From a bacterium (GTDB taxonomy: Bacteria > Oederibacteriota > PGYV01): a DNA stretch of 64,000 nucleotides. The stretch is taken from contig JAKQNO010000138.1 of the NCBI GenBank assembly GCA_029565735.1, positions 18,195 through 82,194 on the forward strand. Direction: 5' to 3'. Both the position numbers and the translations under genes were made by a program. Numbering within the stretch: position 1 is the first letter of the stretch; each line of letters opens with the position of its first letter. Below the pieces are notes generated by a model, which was not told the origin of the DNA, did not search any database, and was given only the letters and a program-made list of their open reading frames with translations. This document shows, in pieces, positions 57,547 to 64,000 of the stretch.

Positions 57547-58092
57547 TTATTTTTTTCTGAAAGGCATTCCCAGATTTTCAAGCAATGCCAGCGCGTCTTC
57601 ATTTTTCTTTGCGGTTGTTACAAAGGTTACGTCCATTCCCATTATATTGGCAACCTTGTCAAATTTAATTTCCGGGAATATTATCTGTTCTTTCAGGCCA
57701 AGGGTGTAGTTGCCCCTGCCGTCAAAACTTGTGCGCGGCACTCCGTTAAAATCCCTTACCCTTGGAAGCGCAAGAGAAATAAGCCTGTCGGCGAATTCAT
57801 ACATCTTTTCCCCTCTTAAGGTTACCTTGCATCCTATCGCCATTCCCTGCCTTAATTTGAAATTTGATATGGCAACCTTGGCCTTTGTAACAAGGGGTTT
57901 CTGCCCTGTGATCTGCGTCAGCTGGTCAACAGCTTCATCAAGCACTTTTGCGTCCTGGGTTGCTTTGCCAACGCCCATATTCACGACAATCTTAACAAGT
58001 TTCGGGACTTCATTGGGATTTTTAAATCCCTCGCCCTGCATCATCTTTGGTATTACTTCTTTTTTGTATTTTTCCTTAAGCCTGGCCGCCAT
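57547..58092 (-). CDS. rplE: 50S ribosomal protein L5
   Basis: Conserved L5 pattern. Confidence 0.9.
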   Translation of the reverse strand: MAARLKEKYKKEVIPKMMQGEGFKNPNEVPKLVKIVVNMGVGKATQDAKVLDEAVDQLTQITGQKPLVTKAKVAISNFKLRQGMAIGCKVTLRGEKMYEFADRLISLALPRVRDFNGVPRTSFDGRGNYTLGLKEQIIFPEIKFDKVANIMGMDVTFVTTAKKNEDALALLENLGMPFRKK

Positions 58093-58113
58093 TATTAAGC
58101 TCCTCCTGGATTT

Positions 58114-58437
58114 TTACTTTTCATCAAGCATTTCATTGCATTTTTTGCAGATTCTTACTTTCTTATTGTCCGCAATCATTCCAACTTTTACCCTGGTAGG
58201 CTTTCCGCATTTGTTGCAGATAAGCATAACATTGTCTATTCTTATTGCGGCTTCTTTTTCAATAATTCCGCCCTGCTGAACTTTCTGTGAAGGTTTTGTG
58301 TGCCTTTTTACAAAATTTATCTTCTCCACAACAATTCTTCTGTCATCAGCAAACATTTTAAGCACTTTGCCGCTTTTGCCTTTGTCTTTTCCTTTGATAA
58401 CGGTAACTATGTCGTTCTTTTTAATTTTAACTTTCAT
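58114..58437 (-). CDS. rplX: 50S ribosomal protein L24, variant with C-terminal CxxC...CxxC zinc-ribbon
   Basis: KOW motif KGKDKGKSGKV. The C-terminus reads CNKCGKPTRVKVGMIADNKKVRICKKC in place of the usual Cys-free tail. Confidence 0.85.
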   Translation of the reverse strand: MKVKIKKNDIVTVIKGKDKGKSGKVLKMFADDRRIVVEKINFVKRHTKPSQKVQQGGIIEKEAAIRIDNVMLICNKCGKPTRVKVGMIADNKKVRICKKCNEMLDEK

Positions 58438-58446
58438 GTTGTCCTC

Positions 58447-58815
58447 CTAAACGACTTCAGGCGCCAGGGAAATTATCTTAAGGAAGTTCTTCTCCCTTAA
58501 TTCCCTTGCAACCGGCCCGAATATGCGTGTTCCTCTCGGGTTATTCTGGTCATTTATAATAACAGCCGAATTATTGTCAAACCTGATATAAGTACCGTCT
58601 TTTCTTCTGATCTTTTTTACAACCCTTACTATTACGGCTTTCACAACTTCTTTTTTCTTAACCTGCGCTCCCGGTATGGCATCCTTTACAGAAGCCACTA
58701 TGACGTCTCCAAGCGACGCGTACCTTGCCCTTGATCCGCCAAGCACCTTGATGCACATTATTTCTTTCGCGCCGGAATTATCGGCCACTTCAAGCCTGGA
58801 CTGTTCCTGAATCAT
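58447..58815 (-). CDS. rplN: 50S ribosomal protein L14
   Basis: [17 protein letters not shown]. Confidence 0.9.
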   Translation of the reverse strand: MIQEQSRLEVADNSGAKEIMCIKVLGGSRARYASLGDVIVASVKDAIPGAQVKKKEVVKAVIVRVVKKIRRKDGTYIRFDNNSAVIINDQNNPRGTRIFGPVARELREKNFLKIISLAPEVV

Positions 58816-59111
58816 TAGTTTTCACTCCCGTCTTTGATTTCGGCGGCGGTTTCATGCATTCCCTGTTTAACCACGCTTACAACCATCCACCTTTTCCTTT
58901 TGCTTATCGGAGCAACTTCCTTAATTACAACCGTATCTCCCTGCTTGCACCGGTTGGTTTCATCGTGCGCAAGAAGTTTTGTTGACCTTTTGATAATTTT
59001 CTTAAAAAGCGGGTGCTGAACCTGCCTTGTAACCGTAACTGTAACGGTCTTATCGGCTTTATCCGAAGTGACAACTCCTTCAAGGGTCTTTCTGCTATTT
59101 TTTTCCGACAT
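58815..59111 (-). CDS. rpsQ: 30S ribosomal protein S17
   Basis: OB-fold S17 pattern. Confidence 0.9.
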   Translation of the reverse strand: MSEKNSRKTLEGVVTSDKADKTVTVTVTRQVQHPLFKKIIKRSTKLLAHDETNRCKQGDTVVIKEVAPISKRKRWMVVSVVKQGMHETAAEIKDGSEN

Positions 59112-59313
59112 TTACAGCCTCCTTGCCGTTCTTCTTCTGTTTAAGCACTGTAAGAGCCCTTGCGATATCCTGCTTTATAGTCTTAATCTGAGAAGTTTTT
59201 TCTATCTGTTTTGTTGAAAGTTTAAGTTTAAGCTTAAAAAGCTGTTCTTTAAGTTCCGTCATCTTTCTTTCAATTTCATCGGACGTCATATCCCTGAATT
59301 CCTGCGCCTTCAT
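59095..59313 (-). CDS. rpmC: 50S ribosomal protein L29
   Basis: Helical L29 pattern [13 protein letters not shown]. Confidence 0.85.
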   Translation of the reverse strand: MKAQEFRDMTSDEIERKMTELKEQLFKLKLKLSTKQIEKTSQIKTIKQDIARALTVLKQKKNGKEAVNVGKK

Positions 59314-59329
59314 TTATTCCTCCGTTTTA

Positions 59330-59749
59330 TTACAGCTCGTGCCTTGCTGTGAATTTTGTAAAGATGGGAAGCTTTGCTCCCGCTTTTTTAAAAGCAAACC
59401 GTGCCACTTCTTCCGTTACGCCGTCAAGTTCAAAAAGAACTCTTCCGGGTTTTACAACAACAACCCACTGATCCGGCGCGCCTTTACCTTTACCCATCCT
59501 TGTTTCAGCAGGCTTTTTTGTTATCGGTTTGTCCGGGAATATCCTTACCCAGAGCTTTCCGCCTTTTTTAAGCTGCCTGTTTATTGCAACGCGCGCGGCT
59601 TCAATCTGCCTTGCGGTTACCCATGCAGGTTCCAGCGCCTTCAGTCCGAACTCTCCAAAACTTACTTTATTGCCGCTTGTGGCAACGCCCGACATTCTTC
59701 CTCTCATCTGTTTCCTGTATTTAACCCTTGATGGCATCAGCATGTACAA
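59330..59749 (-). CDS. rplP: 50S ribosomal protein L16
   Basis: [14 protein letters not shown]. Confidence 0.9.
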   Translation of the reverse strand: MYMLMPSRVKYRKQMRGRMSGVATSGNKVSFGEFGLKALEPAWVTARQIEAARVAINRQLKKGGKLWVRIFPDKPITKKPAETRMGKGKGAPDQWVVVVKPGRVLFELDGVTEEVARFAFKKAGAKLPIFTKFTARHEL

Positions 59750-59764
59750 AATCCTCCGTATTAA

Positions 59765-60412
59765 TTATTCTTTATTTTCGCCGGGAAGTATTTCGCCCTT
59801 GAATATCCAAACCTTTACACCTATTGTTCCATAGGTGGTTTTTGCTATAGCGTATCCGTAATCAATATCCGCCCTTAATGTCTGAAGCGGAACACGGCCT
59901 TCTGTATACCATTCGGTCCTTGCTATTTCAGCGCCTCCAAGCCTTCCGGATGTGCATATCTTGATTCCCTGCGCGCCGGCGTCGGATGCCATTGTTGTCT
60001 GCATGGCTTTCTTCATAGCCCTTCTGAACGCGACTCGTTTTTCAAGCTGCTGGGCGACATTTTCCGCGACAAGCTGTGCGTCCAGTTCCGGCCTTTTAAC
60101 TTCAACGGGATCTATCAGCATCTGCTTGCCTGTAAGTTTTTCAAGCTGTTTCTTTAAAACTTCAACTTCAGTTCCTTTTCTGCCGATAATCATTCCCGGC
60201 TTCGCGGTATGAATCTTCACTATGGCTTTCTGCCCGGCCCTTTCAATTTCTATCTTCGATATGCCGGCGCTGTAAAGTTTTTCTTTGATGTATTTTCTTA
60301 TCTTATTATCTTCAAGGAGAAGTTCCTTAAAATTCTTTTTGGACAGCCATTTAGACTTCCAAGTCCTTATTATTCCAATTCTTATTCCTTCCGGATTAAT
60401 CTTATGGCCCAT
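59765..60412 (-). CDS. rpsC: 30S ribosomal protein S3
   Basis: KH plus S3-C domains. [14 protein letters not shown]. Confidence 0.9.
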   Translation of the reverse strand: MGHKINPEGIRIGIIRTWKSKWLSKKNFKELLLEDNKIRKYIKEKLYSAGISKIEIERAGQKAIVKIHTAKPGMIIGRKGTEVEVLKKQLEKLTGKQMLIDPVEVKRPELDAQLVAENVAQQLEKRVAFRRAMKKAMQTTMASDAGAQGIKICTSGRLGGAEIARTEWYTEGRVPLQTLRADIDYGYAIAKTTYGTIGVKVWIFKGEILPGENKE

Positions 60413-60418
60413 ATGGAA

Positions 60419-60778
60419 TTATCTCTCCTTCTTTATTTTTTTATCTGTTACGACTATCGTAAGGTGAGCCGCTTTTTTGTGAATACCCGCAGCCCTTCCC
60501 ATTGCTCTGGCGTGGAATCTTTTTGCCCATTTGATGATAGGCCCGTCGTTTACCACAGATTCAAGAACATAAAGTTTTTCCGCGTCCGCGCCATGGTTTT
60601 TTGCGGCGTTTGCCACGGCTGATTTTAAAACCTTAAGCACGTGAGGCGCGCCGGCTTTGTTCATAAACTGCAAAGTTGAAATGGCTTCGCTGACGCTTTT
60701 TTTCTTTATCTGTTTTGCCACAAGCCTTAACTTGATGGGCGATATTCTTAAATACCTTCCTATTGCTTTAGCTTCCAT
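60419..60778 (-). CDS. rplV: 50S ribosomal protein L22
   Basis: Conserved L22 pattern. Confidence 0.9.
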   Translation of the reverse strand: MEAKAIGRYLRISPIKLRLVAKQIKKKSVSEAISTLQFMNKAGAPHVLKVLKSAVANAAKNHGADAEKLYVLESVVNDGPIIKWAKRFHARAMGRAAGIHKKAAHLTIVVTDKKIKKER

Positions 60779-60800
60779 TTTATATTGGCTCCTTTACCTG

Positions 60801-61085
60801 TTATTTCTTGGCTGCTGATTCTTTTTTCATATCGCCGTGGCCTTTAAATGTCCTTGTCGGCGAAAACTCTCCAAGCCTGTGCCCTACCATGTTTTCAGTT
60901 ACATACACAGGGACAAACTTCTTGCCGTTATGAACCGCAAACGTAACCCCGACCATTTCCGGTGAAATTACGCTTCTTCTTGCCCATGTCTTAATTACCT
61001 TTTTATCGCCTGCTTCATTTGATTTCAAAACCTTATCAAGCAGTTTTTCGTCTATGTAAGGGCCTTTCTTGAGGGACCTGCTCAT
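60801..61085 (-). CDS. rpsS: 30S ribosomal protein S19
   Basis: [12 protein letters not shown]. Confidence 0.9.
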   Translation of the reverse strand: MSRSLKKGPYIDEKLLDKVLKSNEAGDKKVIKTWARRSVISPEMVGVTFAVHNGKKFVPVYVTENMVGHRLGEFSPTRTFKGHGDMKKESAAKK

Positions 61086-61931
61086 TTATATTGTTCCTCC
61101 TGTTTTTGCTTTACGCCTTCTGATAATATATTTATTGGAATATTTCTTTTTATCCCTTGTTTTGAAACCCTTTGCCTTTACGCCGGTAGGCGAGCATGGG
61201 TGCGCGCCGGATTTGGATTTTCCTTCTCCGCCGCCCATAGGATGGTCAACAGGGTTCATAGCCATAGCCCTGTTTCTTGGCTTAATGCCTCTCCATCTGT
61301 TTCTTCCTGCTTTGCCGATTATAATATTTTCATGGTCTGTGTTTCCAACCTGGCCTACTGTCGCCCTGCACCTTTTCATAACCATACGAAGTTCGCCTGA
61401 AGGCATCTTTAATACAACATGCTCGCCTTCCTTGCCCATAATCTGCGCGAAAGAACCCGCGCCGCGCGCAATCTGTCCGCCTTTTCCCGGCGTAATTTCA
61501 ATGTTATGCACGATGGTACCGACAGGCATGAAATTCAAGGACAAGCTGTTTCCGGTCTTAATTTCAGCCGTATCAGAACTTACCACTGTATCGCCTACAT
61601 TTAAACCGACAGGTGCTACAATATAACGTTTGTCGCCGTCTTTATACGAAAGAAGCGCTATTCTGCATGTTCTGTAAGGGTCATATTCAATGGCGGTAAC
61701 AACCGCGGGCACTTCGAATTTATCCCTTTTAAAATCAATTATCCTGTAAAGCTTCCTGTGGCCGCCGCCCCTGAAACGGGAAGTAATCCTTCCAAGACTG
61801 TTTCTTCCTGTCTTGTTGTTCAGGTTTATAGTCAGCGACTTTTCCGGTGAATCTTTTGTAACATCCTCTTTTGTGTCGACCGTCATCATCCTTCTTGAGG
61901 GCGTAATCGGCCTGAAGCTCTTTATTCCCAT
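61086..61931 (-). CDS. rplB: 50S ribosomal protein L2
   Basis: MGIKSFRPITPSRR...GGGEGKSKSGAHP. Confidence 0.9.
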   Translation of the reverse strand: MGIKSFRPITPSRRMMTVDTKEDVTKDSPEKSLTINLNNKTGRNSLGRITSRFRGGGHRKLYRIIDFKRDKFEVPAVVTAIEYDPYRTCRIALLSYKDGDKRYIVAPVGLNVGDTVVSSDTAEIKTGNSLSLNFMPVGTIVHNIEITPGKGGQIARGAGSFAQIMGKEGEHVVLKMPSGELRMVMKRCRATVGQVGNTDHENIIIGKAGRNRWRGIKPRNRAMAMNPVDHPMGGGEGKSKSGAHPCSPTGVKAKGFKTRDKKKYSNKYIIRRRKAKTGGTI

Positions 61932-61934
61932 GGC

Positions 61935-62222
61935 TTATACTCCTTCTACTATTTCTATTTTATCTTCCTTCTTTAACTGTACAATTGCTTTCTTAAATTT
62001 CCTTGCCGCGGATATCTGGCGTCCAAAACGTTTGGCTTTGCCCGGAAGGTTCGCGGTGTTGATTTTTAAAACCTTAACCTTGAATATTTTTTCCACGGCT
62101 TCCTTTATCTGTTTCTTTGAAGCCTTGCTGTCAACTTCAAAAGTATAGAAGTTGCCTTTTTCCCTTGCGATGGAGCTTTTCTCTGTAAGAGAAGGTTTTT
62201 TTATTATCTGGTAAATATCCAT
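61935..62222 (-). CDS. rplW: 50S ribosomal protein L23
   Basis: Conserved L23 pattern. Confidence 0.9.
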   Translation of the reverse strand: MDIYQIIKKPSLTEKSSIAREKGNFYTFEVDSKASKKQIKEAVEKIFKVKVLKINTANLPGKAKRFGRQISAARKFKKAIVQLKKEDKIEIVEGV

Positions 62223-62845
62223 TACCCTATTCTCCTTATTATTTCTTCCATGGATTTTTTTGTGACAAGTATGTTTGAATTAACCATAAGGTCATATACG
62301 TTAAGATTCTTGGAAGTAATAATGTCCGCGTTCCTTATGTTGCGGACTGATTTCACAACCGCATTGTCCGCTTTTTCCAAAACAAACAGGACTTTTTTTC
62401 CGTTAAGCTTCATCTTCTTAAGCATTTCAGAAACATCTTTTGTCTTTGGCTGAGCAAAATCCATAGTGTTTATTATTTTAATTTCGCCGTCTTTTAGCTT
62501 GCCGGCTACAACCATCTGCATGGCTGCTTTTTTCTGTTTTTTAGGAACTTCCATCCTTGCCTTAAGCGGCCTTGGGCCAAATGTGACGCCGCCGCCTTTC
62601 CAGATAGGCGACCTGTTGGAACCGTGCCTGGCGCGGCCTGTCCCTTTCTGTTTCCATGGTTTTCTTCCGCCCCCGCGTACTTCAGCCCTTGTAAGCGTGT
62701 TGGATGAACCGTTATGCTGATTCTGCTGATAAGCCAGAATCACATCATGAACCGCGTTATCCTTTGCTTCAACTGTAAGAACGCTGTCGGCTATCTCAAA
62801 TTCTTCCAGCTTCTTGTTTTCTTTATCAACTACGTCAAGTTTCAT
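62222..62845 (-). CDS. rplD: 50S ribosomal protein L4
   Basis: Conserved L4 pattern. Confidence 0.9.
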   Translation of the reverse strand: MKLDVVDKENKKLEEFEIADSVLTVEAKDNAVHDVILAYQQNQHNGSSNTLTRAEVRGGGRKPWKQKGTGRARHGSNRSPIWKGGGVTFGPRPLKARMEVPKKQKKAAMQMVVAGKLKDGEIKIINTMDFAQPKTKDVSEMLKKMKLNGKKVLFVLEKADNAVVKSVRNIRNADIITSKNLNVYDLMVNSNILVTKKSMEEIIRRIG

Positions 62846-62865
62846 TAGTGAAATCTCCTTTTCGT

Positions 62866-63519
62866 TTACTTCTTTTTAACGCTTTTTCTTATTTCAACAA
62901 CGCCGTTGTTGGAACCCGGAACAGCGCCCTGAACAAGCATAAACTTATTTTCAAGGTCTACTTTTTCAACAGCAAGATTAAGAACCGTTACCCTGTCAAC
63001 ACCCATGTGTCCGGCCATCCTCATATTCTTAAAAACCCTTGCAGGATATGTGCTGGAACCAATAGAGCCCGGAGCGCGTTTGTGATTGCTTCCGTGACTG
63101 GCTGCGCCGCCTGCAAAGTTATGCCTTTTTACAACACCCTGAAACCCTTTACCCTTTGAAATCCCGCAAACATCAACAAACTTGAGGTCTTTCATGGCTT
63201 CAATTGTAAGCGTATCGCCTATATTGAATTTTTCAGCAGTCGCTGCATCTACCCTTACTTCCTTTAATACTTTCTTTAAAGGAAGGTCTTTCTTTGTTTT
63301 TTCGTTTTTGAAAACGCCCTTTAATGCTTTGGGCATCCTTTTGGGCTTTTCGCAGTCAAAGAAACCGAACTTTACGGCTGTGTATCCGTCCCTTTCGGAC
63401 GTCTTTTTGTCCACCACAATACCGTCCGCTATTTCCAGTATTGTTACGGGAACAGCCTCTCCTTTGCCGTTAAAAACCTGTGTCATTCCTATCTTTTTGC
63501 CAAGTATCGTTGATATCAT
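62866..63519 (-). CDS. rplC: 50S ribosomal protein L3
   Basis: GKKIGMTQVF. Confidence 0.9.
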   Translation of the reverse strand: MISTILGKKIGMTQVFNGKGEAVPVTILEIADGIVVDKKTSERDGYTAVKFGFFDCEKPKRMPKALKGVFKNEKTKKDLPLKKVLKEVRVDAATAEKFNIGDTLTIEAMKDLKFVDVCGISKGKGFQGVVKRHNFAGGAASHGSNHKRAPGSIGSSTYPARVFKNMRMAGHMGVDRVTVLNLAVEKVDLENKFMLVQGAVPGSNNGVVEIRKSVKKK

Positions 63520-63535
63520 TTTTTACACTCTCCGC

Positions 63536-63850
63536 TCACAGCTTGATTTCTACGTCAATGCCCGCGGGCAGGTCAAGGGTCTTTAACTTTTCAACCGTGT
63601 CATTATTTGGTTCGAGAATATCTATGAGCCTCTTGTGGATTCTCATCTCGAACTGTTCCCTTGACGTCTTGTTGACGTGCGGCGACCTTACAATTGTGTA
63701 CTTATGAAGCTTTGTCGGAAGCGGTATTGGGCCGCAAACACGCGCTCCGGTTTCCTTGACCTTCTTGATTATGTCAGAAACTGACTTATCAAGTAATTTG
63801 TGGTCATAGGCTTTAAGCCTGATTCTTATCTTCTGTGTATCTAACTGCAT
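63536..63850 (-). CDS. rpsJ: 30S ribosomal protein S10
   Basis: [14 protein letters not shown]. Confidence 0.9.
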   Translation of the reverse strand: MQLDTQKIRIRLKAYDHKLLDKSVSDIIKKVKETGARVCGPIPLPTKLHKYTIVRSPHVNKTSREQFEMRIHKRLIDILEPNNDTVEKLKTLDLPAGIDVEIKL

Positions 63851-63889
63851 TTAAGGTCCTCCATTCTTCTGCTTTCTTAATCTCTTTTG

Positions 63890-64000
63890 TTATTCCAGAA
63901 TCTTTGTAATAACTCCCGAACCTACTGTCCTTCCGCCTTCGCGGATGGCGAACCTTAATTCCTGTTCCATTGCTATCGGCATTATCAGTTCCACTTCTAT
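63890..64000 (-). CDS. tuf: Elongation factor Tu, 3' end only (gene continues beyond the window)
   Basis: Manual translation of the window edge gives ...[36 protein letters not shown]. Confidence 0.8.
   Translation of the reverse strand: MEVELIMPIAMEQELRFAIREGGRTVGSGVITKILE

Overview
This window is a dense, almost entirely minus-strand chromosomal stretch from an AT-rich diderm bacterium. It has LPS, TolC and secretin genes and a Tad pilus, and is probably from an uncultivated lineage.

From the 5' end the content is:
- (i) A translationally coupled LPS operon: COG1579 Zn-ribbon protein, then kdsD, kdsC, lpxL, lptC, lptA, lptB, then a TPR+SpoIID/LytB protein.
- (ii) A small operon of a secreted CarboxypepD_reg-like lipoprotein and an arylsulfotransferase-like beta-propeller protein. 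It is driven by a 38-nt promoter element that is nearly identical to the one upstream of the LPS operon.
- (iii) A GNAT gene, and a marR-OMP-tolC-MFP-RND efflux operon.
- (iv) A GT2 glycosyltransferase preceded by a 460-bp GC-rich structured leader or spacer.
- (v) A HigB(Gp49)/HigA-like TA pair.
- (vi) A 990-aa single-chain UvrD-type helicase fused to a Cas4/AddB-like Fe-S PD-(D/E)XK nuclease.
- (vii) An orphan receiver-HD-GYP regulator, a small wHTH protein, a YqeK-type HD hydrolase and an unannotated 56-aa membrane peptide.
- (viii) An FGE/SUMF1-domain lipoprotein with a Thr-rich repeat linker.
- (ix) A sugar ABC transporter, a TIGR00725/SLOG protein, a TPR protein, an OMP and a PHP phosphoesterase.
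- (x) tRNA-Arg(CCU). Its 3' end plus flank (44 bp) is perfectly duplicated 172 bp away, bracketing a GC-rich insert bounded by inverted repeats.
- (xi) TerC, a C_GCAxxG_C_C protein, and a divergent marR-ccdA-tlpA-tlpA thiol-redox operon.
- (xii) DUF72.
- (xiii) An atypical Tad/Flp pilus locus: two flp pilins, tadE, tadG, tadE, an unknown protein, cpaB, a secretin, and a fused TadZ-like::TadA ATPase. No tadB, tadC or tadV is present.
- (xiv) Gluconokinase-like and DUF1848 genes.
- (xv) fba and the complete S10-spc-alpha ribosomal superoperon, from the tuf 3' end to rplQ. This includes rpmJ and rpmD, which the ORF track missed, a Zn-ribbon L24 variant, and L17 with a lysine-rich tail.

Several sigma70-type promoters of the form TTGACA-N17-TATACT and several intrinsic terminators are visible. 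No CRISPR array, rRNA gene or IS element was found.
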